64,000 bases of DNA, from the NCBI GenBank assembly GCA_963827475.1, contig CAWHAZ010000007.1, positions 64,001-128,000 on the forward strand, written 5' to 3'. The number at the start of each line of letters is the position of its first letter. Within the stretch, counting starts at the first letter, position 1. Below, one piece after another: positions 43,895-54,308 of the stretch. Made by a program: the position numbers and the translations under genes. This DNA is from an uncultured Chloroflexia bacterium (GTDB lineage Bacteria; Chloroflexota; Limnocylindria; QHBO01). The notes beneath the pieces are model-generated. The model was not told the DNA's origin and searched no databases. It saw only the letters and a program-made list of their open reading frames with translations.

Positions 43895-44572
43895 ATGGAC
43901 CGATGGAACGGCCGATGGGTGGTCTTCGACGTCGGCGAGACCCTCGTCGACGAGACCCGGGTGTGGTCCACGTGGGCCGATGTCGTCGGCATTCCGCGCC
44001 TGACCTTCATGGCCGTCCTCGGCGCGGTGATCGCCCGCGGCGGCGGTCACCAGGAGGTCTTCCGGGAGCTCGGCCTGCCCCACTGGGAGCACTACCGCGA
44101 CGAGCTCGAGGCCTCGTACGGACCGATCCGCGACGACGACCTGTACCCCGACGTCCGGCCTGCATTGACCGCGATCAGCGTCCTCGGGTACCGCATCGCC
44201 GTCTTCGGCAACCAACCAGCCCGCCGCACGGCCGATCTGCGGGCCCTGGACCTGCCGGTCGAGGTCATCGCCATGTCCGACGAGATGGGCGTGGCCAAGC
44301 CCGCGCCGGAGTACTTCGCGCGGGTCCTCGAGCTGCTCGATGACCCTGACGCAGCGGCTGTCGTCCACGTCGGCGATCGGGTGGACAACGACGTCCTGCC
44401 TGCCGCCGCCGCCGGGCTCGGATCGGTGTGGATCAGGCGCGGGCCGTGGGGCAAGATCCAGCGCCTCCCCGACGGGTTCGACCCGCCGCTGGTCATCGAT
44501 GCGCTCGTCGAGCTCCCCGAAGGGCTGGAACGGGTCTTCGGGACCTTGCCCCGCTCGACGACATCGGTCTAG
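43895..44572 (+). CDS. HAD family hydrolase
   Basis: FDVGETL, AKP, HVGDRVDND. Confidence 0.9.
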   Translation: MDRWNGRWVVFDVGETLVDETRVWSTWADVVGIPRLTFMAVLGAVIARGGGHQEVFRELGLPHWEHYRDELEASYGPIRDDDLYPDVRPALTAISVLGYRIAVFGNQPARRTADLRALDLPVEVIAMSDEMGVAKPAPEYFARVLELLDDPDAAAVVHVGDRVDNDVLPAAAAGLGSVWIRRGPWGKIQRLPDGFDPPLVIDALVELPEGLERVFGTLPRSTTSV

Positions 44573-44650
44573 ACTCGGCCTCGGGCCGGACCGGGCCCGT
44601 ATCGCCGGTCGAGGTGGAGACTGCGCAGCCGGTGCGCAGTTTTTCTGCAT

Positions 44651-45861
44651 GTGGACGAGGTTCAGCCCGTGGATGACCTGGCCCAGGTCCTGTTCCAGCT
44701 GTTCGTCCTGCTCGCGGCCACCAAGATCGGGGACGAGCTGTTCAAGCGGCTCGGCCAGCCGACGCTGGTGGGCGAGATCCTGGCCGGCGTCATCGTCGGA
44801 CCCGCCCTGCTGGGCTTGTACCAGGTCACGCCCGAGACCGAGCTGTTCGCCCAGATCGGTGCCGTGCTGCTGCTGTTCGAGGTCGGGGTCCGCACCCGTG
44901 TGGGCGATCTCGTGCGCGTCGGCGGCACGGCCGCCCTGGTCGCGGTCCTCGGGGTCGCGCTGCCTTTCGCCGGCGGATTCGCGATCGCGACCGCCTTTGG
45001 CTTCTCCCTCGAGGGCAGCGTCTTCCTCGCCGCCGCCTTGACCGCGACCTCGGTCGGCATCACCTCGCGCGCACTCGACCAGCTCGGGGCGCTGCGGACG
45101 GATTCGGGTCGAATCGTGCTGGGCGCCGCGGTCATCGACGACGTGCTGGCCATGTTGATCGTGGCGGTCGCGGTTGGCATGTCCAGCGGCGGCGTGGACG
45201 CGGGCGACATCCTGCTGACCCTGGCTCTGGCCGCCGCGTTCATCGTCATCGTGCTGGTGGCCGGCACCGGCATCCTCTCGCGGCGCCCCTCGCTGCTCAC
45301 CGAGCCGCGGTTCGCGGAGACCCCGCTTCTGCCGGGGATGATCGTCATGCTCGGCCTGGCCGCGCTCAGCGCGGCCATCGGCCTGGCGGCCATCATCGGC
45401 GCATTCCTGGCCGGGATGGTGGTCGGCGAGTCGTCCGAGAAGGACGCCCTCGAGAAGGAGACCGCGCCGATCGCCGCGCTCTTCACCCCGTTCTTCTTCG
45501 GGTTCGTCGGCGCTCAGATCGACCCGCTGGTGTTCGCCACCCCGCTGACCGTGGCCCTGCTGGTGCTCGTCACCGCCGTGGCCATCGCCACCAAGTTCGC
45601 CGGCGCCTTCCTCGGGGCGCTGCGCGTCGGTCGCGACCGGGCCCTGCTGATCGGCTGGGCCATGGTCCCGCGCGGGGAGGTGGAGATCATCGTGGCCGGG
45701 CTCGCCCTGGCCGCCGGGGCGTTTGGACCGGACCTCTACGCGGTCGTGGTTGGGATGGTGGTGATCACGAGCATGCTGGTCCCGCCCCTCCTTCCACCGC
45801 TCGTCCGCCGGGCGGAGCCGGGGATCGCCCGCGACTCGCCGCGGAGGAAGCGGCCGGATAG
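44651..45861 (+). CDS. Cation:proton antiporter (CPA2); true stop probably 45861 via a late frameshift
   Basis: GEILAG, TATSVGI, AAVIDD, IGAFLAG, MVPRGEV. Confidence 0.87.
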
Positions 45862-45863
45862 CC

Positions 45864-45891
45864 GGAGGCCCCTCGCGGACGAGGGGCCTCC
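45864..45891. terminator. Bidirectional hairpin between convergent genes
   Basis: GGAGGCCCCTCG-CGGA-CGAGGGGCCTCC; perfect 12-bp stem. Confidence 0.7.
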
Positions 45892-45925
45892 ATCGGTCAG
45901 GTTGGCGGGTGATCCCGCCGGTGGC

Positions 45926-47111
45926 TCAGTCGCCGCCGGGCGTGATCTCCACCGTCGGAGGCTCCCAGTCCTCGCCGGTCGTGTCGCCGTCGATCCCCGC
46001 CAACGCGGCAAGGCGCTCGTCGGAGTTGATCGCGGCCTCGTCCGGCGCCGCGGTGAGGATCCCCGCCGCAGTGGCGGTGTCAATGGTCTGGCCCAGGACG
46101 TCCTGGTCCAGGGCACCGATCCCGTCGGGCGCCGGCCAGACCAGCTTGTTGATCTCGTTCATCATCCAGGCCAGGTGGCCCCGACCCCAGATGCTGCCGC
46201 GGTCGATGGAGTACTGCACGCAGTCATCGGGGTTGTCCCGGCAGTACATCCAGCCCCGGAACGAGGCCTGGAGGAATCGCGTGGCGACTTCCCTGTTGTT
46301 GCCCTCGTCCAGCCACGACTGCCGGGCGAAGATCGCGTCCTGCAGCATGGCCGTGCCGAGCTCGTTGTAGTCGAACACGAAGAACTGGTCCGGCTGGAAC
46401 AGCTCGCCCGTGTTCGGGATCCTCTAGCTCCAGGAGCTGCGCCCACTCGTTGTAGATCATCGCCTCGGCGACGTCGACGCAGTCCTGGTCGCTCGCCGCG
46501 CACCCGTCCTGGGCGGCGATGAGCTCGTTCATGTCGAAGTCCTGCTCGACGCGGGTGAAGTCCACCCCGTCCTGGAGGTCGGCCAGGATCTGGGCCGAGG
46601 CCAGGACCTCGAGCTCGTTGCCGAACGGCCACGCGCCGATGCGCTTGCCTTCCCAGTCGGACACCTCGGTGATGCCGGCGTCGGCCCACGCCACCGAGAG
46701 GGTGGCGGACCGCTGGAAGACCTGCGCCAGGTGGACGAGGTCGGACCCGGCCTCGCGCGCCTGGAGCACCTTCGGCACCCAGGCGATGGTGAACTCCGGA
46801 CCGTCGGGCTGTGAGCCCACCTCCTGCGGAACGATGGTGCCGCCGCCGGGGAGGATCTCCACGGTCAGGGCAACGTCGTCGTAGTACCCCTGCTCGACGG
46901 CCGCGAAGTACCCGCCGAACTGTGCTTGGTCCAGCCACTGCAGCTGGAGCTGGACGGTGGCCGGCTCGTAGCTGACCTGGCTCTCGGCCGCGCTCGGCGC
47001 AGCGCTCTCGCCTCCGCTCGGGCTCTCACTGGCGCTCGACTGGCAGGCGGCCAAGGTGAGCATGCCGGCTATTGCCAGCACGCCAAAGACACGCGTAACC
47101 CTCATCTCCAC
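45926..47111 (-). CDS. ABC substrate-binding lipoprotein, NMT1/THI5-like; frameshift ~46415
   Basis: Lipobox LAAC; QLQWLDQAQFGGYF; QVFQRS; AMIYNE; ASFRGW. Confidence 0.87.
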
Positions 47112-47220
47112 TCCTCGATTTGCTGGCCCAGGGCCGGACCATCCGTGACTGCTGATTCTACGGAGGGACCGATGTTCGCGGGCGCGGGCCCTGCGCGGGT
47201 CCTGCGCGGAGGCTGCCCGA

Positions 47221-48006
47221 TCAGGCGGGCTGGTCTCCGCGCAACGAGGCGTGCCACGGGATCAGGAGTCGCTCGAGCAGAACGACCCCGAGATACAGCG
47301 CGATGCCCATCAGCGACACGACGAGGATGGCGGCCCAGGTCACGTCGAATCGGAGCGAGCTGGCCGCGGCCACCACCACCCGCCCGAGGGTCGCGGTGAG
47401 GCCCCCGAAGTACTCGCCCACGACCGCTCCGATCAGGCTCAGCGTGGTCGCGATCTTCAGGCCGGTGAGGAAGTAGGGCAGGGCATTCGGGATCCGCACC
47501 TCGCGGGTGACCGTCAACGGTGCGGCCGCGTAGGAGCGCATGAGCTCGAGGGCCGATGGCTCGACCTGGGTGAGGCCACGCAGGGTGTTGATCATGATCG
47601 GGAAGTAGACGAGCGTGGCGGCGATCGCCATCTTCGACAGCGGGCTGAGGATGCCGAACCAGTTGTTGGCGACCGGGGCAAACGCGATGATCGGAATCGC
47701 GTTGACGGCGATCGCCAGCGGCAGGACCGTGTCCTGCGAAGCGGGGAAACGGGACACGATGAAGGCGGTGGCCACCCCCAGGACGGTGCCGATCACCAGC
47801 CCGCCGATGGCCTCGAAGAAGGTCACGCGCGCCGCGGCGAAGATCGCGTGGCCCTCGGTCCAGTTCTCGCCGAGGGCCGCCCAGATCGCGGACGGGGCCG
47901 GCAGGGTGAACACCTGGGCTCCGGAAGCTTTGACGAGGACCTCCCAGGCGACGAGGACCCCGACGAGGATCAGCGCGGCGGGCAGGTAGCGGCGAATCGC
48001 GTTCAT
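47221..48006 (-). CDS. ABC permease (NitT/TauT family)
   Basis: LPAPS, IPIIAFAP, ELMRSY, PNALP, GAVVGE. Confidence 0.9.
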   Translation of the reverse strand: MNAIRRYLPAALILVGVLVAWEVLVKASGAQVFTLPAPSAIWAALGENWTEGHAIFAAARVTFFEAIGGLVIGTVLGVATAFIVSRFPASQDTVLPLAIAVNAIPIIAFAPVANNWFGILSPLSKMAIAATLVYFPIMINTLRGLTQVEPSALELMRSYAAAPLTVTREVRIPNALPYFLTGLKIATTLSLIGAVVGEYFGGLTATLGRVVVAAASSLRFDVTWAAILVVSLMGIALYLGVVLLERLLIPWHASLRGDQPA

Positions 48007-48010
48007 GTGG

Positions 48011-48865
48011 CTAGCCGACCACGCCCTCGGCCGCGGTCCGCTCGGCGGACGCGACATCGGCCTCCGGGCCTTCGCCGGCGCGGAGTGCCTCGCGGACCTC
48101 GGTGATGAACGAGAAGTAGGCCGGGCTCTCCCGCGTGTCGAGCCCGCGCGGGCGGGGGAGATCCACCTCGACCAGCCGCGTGATGCGGCCGGGCCGAGCG
48201 CTCATGACCGCCACCCGGCTCGAGAGGAAGACCGCCTCGGGGATCGAGTGGGTGACGAACACGACCGTGATCCCGGTCCGCGCCCAGATGCTCAGGACCT
48301 CCGAGTTCATCCGCTCGCGGGTCATCTCGTCGAGGGCCCCGAACGGCTCGTCCATGAGCAACAGCGACGGGGAGAAGGCCAGGGCCCGGGCGATGGCCAC
48401 CCGCTGCTGCATGCCGCCCGAGAGCTGGTACGGCCGGTGGCGGGCGAAATCGGTCAGGCCGACCAGCGCGAGCATCTCGTGTGTCCGCTCCGCCTGCGCC
48501 TTCTTGTCGTATCCGAACAGCTCGAGCGGCAGCCGGACGTTGTCCTCGATCGTCCGCCAGTCGAAGAGCACGGGGGCCTGGAAGACCATCCCGTACTCGC
48601 GATCAAGGCGCGCGCGTTCGGCCGACTTGCCGTTGACCTCCGCGGTCCCGGTGGTCGGCTTGGTGAGGTCACCGATCACCCGCAGGAGCGTCGACTTGCC
48701 GCACCCGGAGGGCCCGATCAGCGAGACGAACTCGCCCCGACCGATGTCGAGCGAGATGTCGGTGAGGGCGACCGTCTCGCCGTCGCCCTTCTTGCCGCCG
48801 GTCCGGAACGTCTTTCCGATGCCGGCGAGCCGGACGACCGGGGCGCTGGCGTCGGCGACGCTCAT
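48011..48865 (-). CDS. ABC ATP-binding protein (NitT/TauT family)
   Basis: GPSGCGKS, LSGGMQQR, DEPFGALD. Confidence 0.93.
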   Translation of the reverse strand: MSVADASAPVVRLAGIGKTFRTGGKKGDGETVALTDISLDIGRGEFVSLIGPSGCGKSTLLRVIGDLTKPTTGTAEVNGKSAERARLDREYGMVFQAPVLFDWRTIEDNVRLPLELFGYDKKAQAERTHEMLALVGLTDFARHRPYQLSGGMQQRVAIARALAFSPSLLLMDEPFGALDEMTRERMNSEVLSIWARTGITVVFVTHSIPEAVFLSSRVAVMSARPGRITRLVEVDLPRPRGLDTRESPAYFSFITEVREALRAGEGPEADVASAERTAAEGVVG

Positions 48866-49758
48866 ACGACGTCTCCGGTGGGGCTCCCGCGGACGACGCC
48901 CATCTCGACCAGCCGGACCAGCCCGAAGCACAGGATGCCCACCACCGATGCGACCAGGATCGCGCCCCACAGCTTCTCCGGCGCGACGGTATAGCTGCTG
49001 GAGAAGAAGACCAGGGCCCGTCCGAGGCCGGCCTGCAGGCTGCCGGCTCCCTCCCCCACGATGGCGCCCACGATGGCGGCGGTGGCCGTGATCTTCATGG
49101 CGGTGAACAGGTACGGGAGGGAGGCGGGGAAGCGCACCTTCCACAGGACGGCCCGCCGTGACGCCGCGTACGAGCGCATGAGCTCCAGCGCCCGCGGGTC
49201 GGGCGAGCGGAGGCCGCGCAGCATGGCGATGGTGACCGGGAAGAAGCTCAGGTAGGTGGCGACGATCACGACGCTCCCCACGTCCCGCCCCGCGAGGAAC
49301 ACGATGAGCGGTGCGAGGGCGATGATCGGGATCGTCTGGCTGGCCACCACGTACGGCAGGAACGCCCGCTCGATGAGCCCGGAGTGGACGAACAGGACGG
49401 CCAGGCCGATCCCCAGCAGGCCGCCGATGGTGAAGCCGATGAACGCCGAGCGCAGGGTGTACAGCGTCTGGTCGAGCAGGTAGCCGAGCAGCGTCTGCTC
49501 CGCGCCCGAGGTCAGCGGCTCGAACAGGCGCGTGAAGATGACCCAGAAGTGGGGCATGTTGATGTCGCTGGCCAGGCCGATGTCGAGCGGGGGCGTCCAC
49601 ACCACGACCCCGTCCATCCGGAACGGGTCACCACCCAGCACCTTGACGCCCTCCCACAGGGCCGCGATCCCGACGATGAACAGGGCGAAGAACGCGATGC
49701 GCACCCGCCGGCTGGCGCCGGCGGACCGGGCCCGTGATGGCGGGGCGCCGGCCGTCAT
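48862..49758 (-). CDS. ABC permease (NitT/TauT family)
   Basis: SQTIPIIALAP, ELMRSY, GAIVGE. Confidence 0.9.
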   Translation of the reverse strand: MTAGAPPSRARSAGASRRVRIAFFALFIVGIAALWEGVKVLGGDPFRMDGVVVWTPPLDIGLASDINMPHFWVIFTRLFEPLTSGAEQTLLGYLLDQTLYTLRSAFIGFTIGGLLGIGLAVLFVHSGLIERAFLPYVVASQTIPIIALAPLIVFLAGRDVGSVVIVATYLSFFPVTIAMLRGLRSPDPRALELMRSYAASRRAVLWKVRFPASLPYLFTAMKITATAAIVGAIVGEGAGSLQAGLGRALVFFSSSYTVAPEKLWGAILVASVVGILCFGLVRLVEMGVVRGSPTGDVV

Positions 49759-49785
49759 CGGTACGGGAGGTTGCTGGGCGGTCGG

Positions 49786-51132
49786 TCAGGCGACCGCGGC
49801 ATCGGTCTCGTCCAGGGCGCGGTCGATGATCCCGAATGCCTCGCGGAGCTGCTCCTCGGTGATGCACAGCGGCGGGTTGGTGAAGACCTGGTGCCAGTGC
49901 TGCATGGTGTACAGGCCGTCCGCCCGCAACCGCGCGTCGAGTGCCGCCATCTCCGGGGAGCTGGCGTTGAACGCGGTCATCGGCTCCTTCGTCTCCGGGT
50001 TGCGGACGAGCTCGATCACGCCGAACAGACCGATGTTGCGGGTCGTGCCCACGCTTGGATGGCGTGACTCCAGGTCGGTCAGCAGTTCGCGCATGATCGG
50101 GCCCAGGCGGGCGGCGTTGCCCACCAGGTCGTCGTCGCGGAGGACGCCGACGGCGGCGATGGCCGCCGCGCAGCTGACCGGGTGGGCCGAGTAGGTCAGC
50201 CCCCCGTAGTAGACGCGGTCGTTGAAGTAGTCCGCGATCTCCGGCTTCATGGCCACCGCCCCGAGCGGGAGGTACGAGCTGGTCAGGCCCTTGGCCATGG
50301 TCAGCAGGTCGGGCACGACGTCCCAGTGGTCGACCGCGAACCAGCGGCCCGTCCGGCCGAAGCCGGCCATCACCTCGTCGGTGATCATCAGGATCCCGTG
50401 CCGGTCGCAGATGTCGCGGATGCCCTGCAGGTAGCCGTCGGGCGGGATGAGGATGCCGTTGGTGCCGGTCACCGTCTCGAGGATGAAGGCGGCGATGGTG
50501 TGCGGGCCCTCGTACTGGATGACCTCCTCCAGGTACTCGAGCTGGCGGTCGACCGGCTCAGGCTCGGTCTGGCCCCAGCGCCATGGGTCGAGGACGCGAA
50601 TGACCCCCGGGATGCCCGGCTCGTTCGCCCAACGGCGCGGGTCGCCGGTGACGCTGATGCTGCCCGCGGTGGCGCCGTGGTACGACCGATGGTGGGCCAC
50701 GACCTTCTGCCGCCCGGTCACGATCCGGGCCAGGCGCAGCGCGTTCTCGTTGGCCTCCGCCCCGCCCAGGGTGAAGAAGAACTTGTCGAGGTTCCCCGGG
50801 GTGAGCGTGGCCAGCAGCTCCCCGAGGCGGCCGCGGACCTCGGTCGCGAACTGGGGGGCGGCGAACGCGAGCTGGTGGGCCTGCTCGGCGATGGCGTCGG
50901 CCACTCGTCGGTCGCCGTGACCGATGTTCACGCTCATCAGCTGCGAGTTGAAGTCGATGTACCGCTTGCCGTCGGGGTCCCAGAAGTAGATTCCCTCGCC
51001 CCGCTCGATGGCGATCGGATTGATCTTGGCCTGGGCCGACCAGCTGAAGAAGGTGTACTGCCGGTTGAGGGCGACGACCTCCTCGGCGGTGAGGCGGCGG
51101 GTGGGCGTGACGGTCATGAGTACCTCGGGCAT
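49786..51132 (-). CDS. Class III aminotransferase (beta-alanine/taurine type)
   Basis: GGAEANE, SYHG, DEVMAGFGRTG, MAKG PLP lysine. Confidence 0.92.
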   Translation of the reverse strand: MPEVLMTVTPTRRLTAEEVVALNRQYTFFSWSAQAKINPIAIERGEGIYFWDPDGKRYIDFNSQLMSVNIGHGDRRVADAIAEQAHQLAFAAPQFATEVRGRLGELLATLTPGNLDKFFFTLGGAEANENALRLARIVTGRQKVVAHHRSYHGATAGSISVTGDPRRWANEPGIPGVIRVLDPWRWGQTEPEPVDRQLEYLEEVIQYEGPHTIAAFILETVTGTNGILIPPDGYLQGIRDICDRHGILMITDEVMAGFGRTGRWFAVDHWDVVPDLLTMAKGLTSSYLPLGAVAMKPEIADYFNDRVYYGGLTYSAHPVSCAAAIAAVGVLRDDDLVGNAARLGPIMRELLTDLESRHPSVGTTRNIGLFGVIELVRNPETKEPMTAFNASSPEMAALDARLRADGLYTMQHWHQVFTNPPLCITEEQLREAFGIIDRALDETDAAVA

Positions 51133-51231
51133 CGGGCCTGACTCGGGAGCCGATTACACCACAACCCGCCCGCCGCGGGCACCCCCGCCAACTCGCTGTT
51201 CGTCCCGCGCCCGAAGTCGGATGATGGGGCG

Positions 51232-52472
51232 ATGGAGGACCCAGCGCTGAGCGAACCGCCGGTCGAGGCCGAGCCGTCGAGGCCGAGCCGTCCGAGCTCG
51301 AGCACCGGGTGACGGCGCTCGAGCTGTTCTTCGACCTCGTCTTCGTCTTCGCCATCACCCAGGTCACCGGCTACCTGGCCGACCACACGACCTGGGAGGG
51401 ACTGCTCCAGGGGCTGTTGATCCTGGCCGCGCTGTGGTGGGCATGGGCCGCGTACGCATGGCTGACCAACGCGCTCGACCCGGAGGAGGGAGCCGTCCGG
51501 CTGGCGGTCTTCGGCTCGATGGCCGCCATGCTCGTCGTCGCGCTGGCCGTGCCGAACGCGTTCGGCGCCGACGGGGTGATCTTCGCCGCCGCCTATTTCG
51601 TCGTCCGAGCCCTGCACCTCGTCCTGTTCGGGATCGGGGCCCGTTCCGATCCGGAGCTGCTCGGCGCGGTGATCCGGATCGGTCCGACCGCGATCCTCGG
51701 TCCCACCCTGCTGCTGGTCGCCGGCTTCCTGGACGGCACCGTCCAGCTGGCGATCTGGGTCGTGGCCATCCTGGTCGACTACCTCGGCGGGCTGGTCGGC
51801 CGGGCACGGGGCTGGCGCGTGGCGCCGGAACACTTCGTCGAGCGCCACGGGCTGATCGTCATCATCGCCCTGGGTGAGTCCATCGTCGCCATCGGCCTGG
51901 GCGCCGCCGGCATCCCGCTGGATGCCGGCCTGATCGCGGCTGCCCTGCTCGGCGTCCTCGTCGCCTGCATGCTGTGGTGGTCGTACTTCGACTGGGTCAC
52001 CTACATCGCCCAGGCTCGGCTGGCCGAGACGTCCGGCCCGGAGCGGGCGGCCCTCGCGCGCGATCTGTACTCGTACCTCCACCTGCCCATGGTCGCGGGG
52101 ATCGTCCTGTTCGCCCTCGGGCTGAAGACGACCATGGCCCACCTCGACGAGCCGCTTCCGGCCATTCCCGCGCTCGGGCTGTGCGGAGGGCTGGCGCTGT
52201 ACCTGGCCGCCCATGTCGCGTTCCGCCTGCGGCTGGGTGGCGGGCTGGGCCGCGGGCGGCCGGTCGCCACCATCGTGCTCGTCGCCCTCATCCCGGTGGC
52301 GACGGTCGTGCCCGCCCTGCCGGCGCTGGCGATGGTCGCGGCGGTGCTCGTGGCCCTCATTGCCTACGAGGCCGTCCGCTACCGATCCTCGCGCGCCTGG
52401 ATCCGAAACCATCGCGGCGCCTTCACCCTCGAAGAAGCTCGGCGCAACCTCAACGCACCTCCTGAGCCCTGA
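51232..52472 (+). CDS. ltrA: Low temperature requirement protein A family membrane protein; 5' frameshift
   Basis: LELFFDLVFVFA, HFVERHGLIVIIALGES, WWSYF, YLHLPM. Confidence 0.88.
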
Positions 52473-52556
52473 GGATCTGTCGCAGAAACGGGACCCTTGG
52501 GCCTCCCCAGCTTGCGCCGCCACGCCGCTTGACGCGTCCGGATACTGGTCGGACCG

Positions 52557-53537
52557 ATGTCCACGCGGTCGCCCGACGGGTCCTGGTCCTGCTGCTCGCC
52601 ACGAGCCTGATCCCCCTTGCCCTGGCGCAGGCCACCCACAGCCCGACGGTCGAGCAGGTCGTGGCCGTGGCGGTGGAACTGGGCATGAGATGCACTTCGG
52701 GCGCCACCCAGGTGGACTGCGACGGCCCCGATCAGTTTTATTTCCGCGAGCCACATTCGGTCATCCGGCCCGCGACCGGTCCGCTGCTGGTCGTGGCATC
52801 GCAGGTCAATGCCCACAGCAACGGGATCCACGACTTCCTCGTCGAGGATCGGGGCTGGATCAGGATGCTCCATGCGGCCGGGTGCGCGGACGACGAGGTC
52901 GAGGTCACGGCGATCGCCGCCTTCCTCGACAGCGTGGCAACCCAGCTCGAGGAGTCGGACGGCGGGACGGTCGGACCGGCCCTGGTCGGGGAGTGCAGCA
53001 TGACCGGGACGCTGTTCCGGGCCGCTCCCACGGCACCGTGGCGCTGGCAGATCACCAGCCAGGTGACGGCGGGAGCGTTCCCGACCCCGACCCCGGCGCC
53101 AACGCCGCCACCCGCGCCTTCGCCCAGGGTGGCGCCGACCCCCCGCCGACCCCAACGCCCAGCCCGACCCGACGCCGACCCCGACGCCGTCGCCCAGCCC
53201 GACGGAGAGCGCGACGGACTCGGTCGAACCGAGCCCCGAGGGGAACGTGGGAGGGATCGTCTTTTCGCCGCCGCCTTCCGTCCCGCCGCCGGACAACGCG
53301 CCCGACGCCGGCGAGGGCTGGGTCGCATCGGTCCCGGGCCCGGCTGACGTGAGCACCGAGCCGGCGGCACTCGTCTCCAGCGCGCTCCTCGCCTTCCTCC
53401 TCCTGTTGTTCATGGGCTTCGTCGGGGAGCTGTTCAACAACACCGCCAAGGCGAACTACGACGTCCTGGTCGGCTGGTGGTCGGGCAGCTGGCTCGGTCG
53501 ACACGTCCGCCGCTTCACCGACTTCTGGAAGGTCTGA
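52557..53537 (+). CDS. Exported Cys-containing domain, Pro/Thr linker and TM helix; frameshifted
   Basis: Signal peptide (LLLATSLIPLALA), four Cys, PTP repeats, FVGELFNNT. Confidence 0.6.
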
Positions 53538-54304
53538 TGAAACGCGTGCTGCTGGCCGTCGTGGTGGTGGCGTTGATCAGCGCCTTCCTGAACCCTGACC
53601 TGGCCCTGAATGCCGAGGGTCTGGCGATCTTCCTCGGGTTCCTGGCCGCTATCGGGGTCGTGCTCGTCGCCTTCGAGCTGCCCGCCCTCCTCGTCCACCA
53701 CCGCGGGACCGGCGAGACAGGGCGCATGCGCGTCCTGCCCTGGGCCATCTCCTGGCCGCGGTCTTCGTCGTCATCTCCCGCCTGTTCAACCTGCAGCCGG
53801 GCTACCTGTACGGCGTCATCCTCGCGGTCGTTTTCCTGCAAGCGGTCGCGCCCCAGCAGGAGGGACGCGAGGCCGCCGTCGGCGCGGCCATCACCCTGGT
53901 CCTGGCGGTGATCGCATGGGTGCTGCTGACCGTGGTGCGCGGCGCCGGCCTGCCGCCGGGCGACCTCGTCGCGCTGGCGGTGGAGACCGCCCTGGCTGCC
54001 ATCGTGGTGGCCGCCCTCGAGGCGGTGGCCTTTGGGCTCATGCCGCTCAGGTTCATGCCCGGCTACCTGATCTACCGATGGCACCGCCCGGTGTGGGCCG
54101 TCCTGTGGGGCCTCTCCCTGTTCGGGTTCATCCACATCCTCATTGGCCCCAACGCCGGGTACCTGTCGGACCTGTCGATCCCGGCGCTCGTGGCGGCACT
54201 CGGCGTGTTCGCCCTGTTCGGCGCCATCTCGGTCCTGTTCTGGGCCTACTTCCGGTTCGTCTACCGCGCCTCCGGCCGAGGAGGCGTCAGCCGCCGAGGG
54301 CTGA
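53537..54304 (+). CDS. FGLLP-motif-like multi-pass membrane protein; frameshifted
   Basis: LQPGYLYG; FGLMPLRFMPG; several TM helices; probable stop at 54304. Confidence 0.65.
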
Positions 54305-54308
54305 CCGA

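Noticed and set aside
44651-46522. Antiporter with a long C-terminal extension (623 aa)
   Set aside because: The extension crosses a terminator hairpin into the opposite-strand SBP gene; an out-of-frame TAG at 45859-45861 is the likely stop.
53080-53205. Short tandem CCGAC repeats as CRISPR or VNTR
   Set aside because: They encode a Pro/Thr linker; there is no repeat-spacer periodicity and no cas gene.
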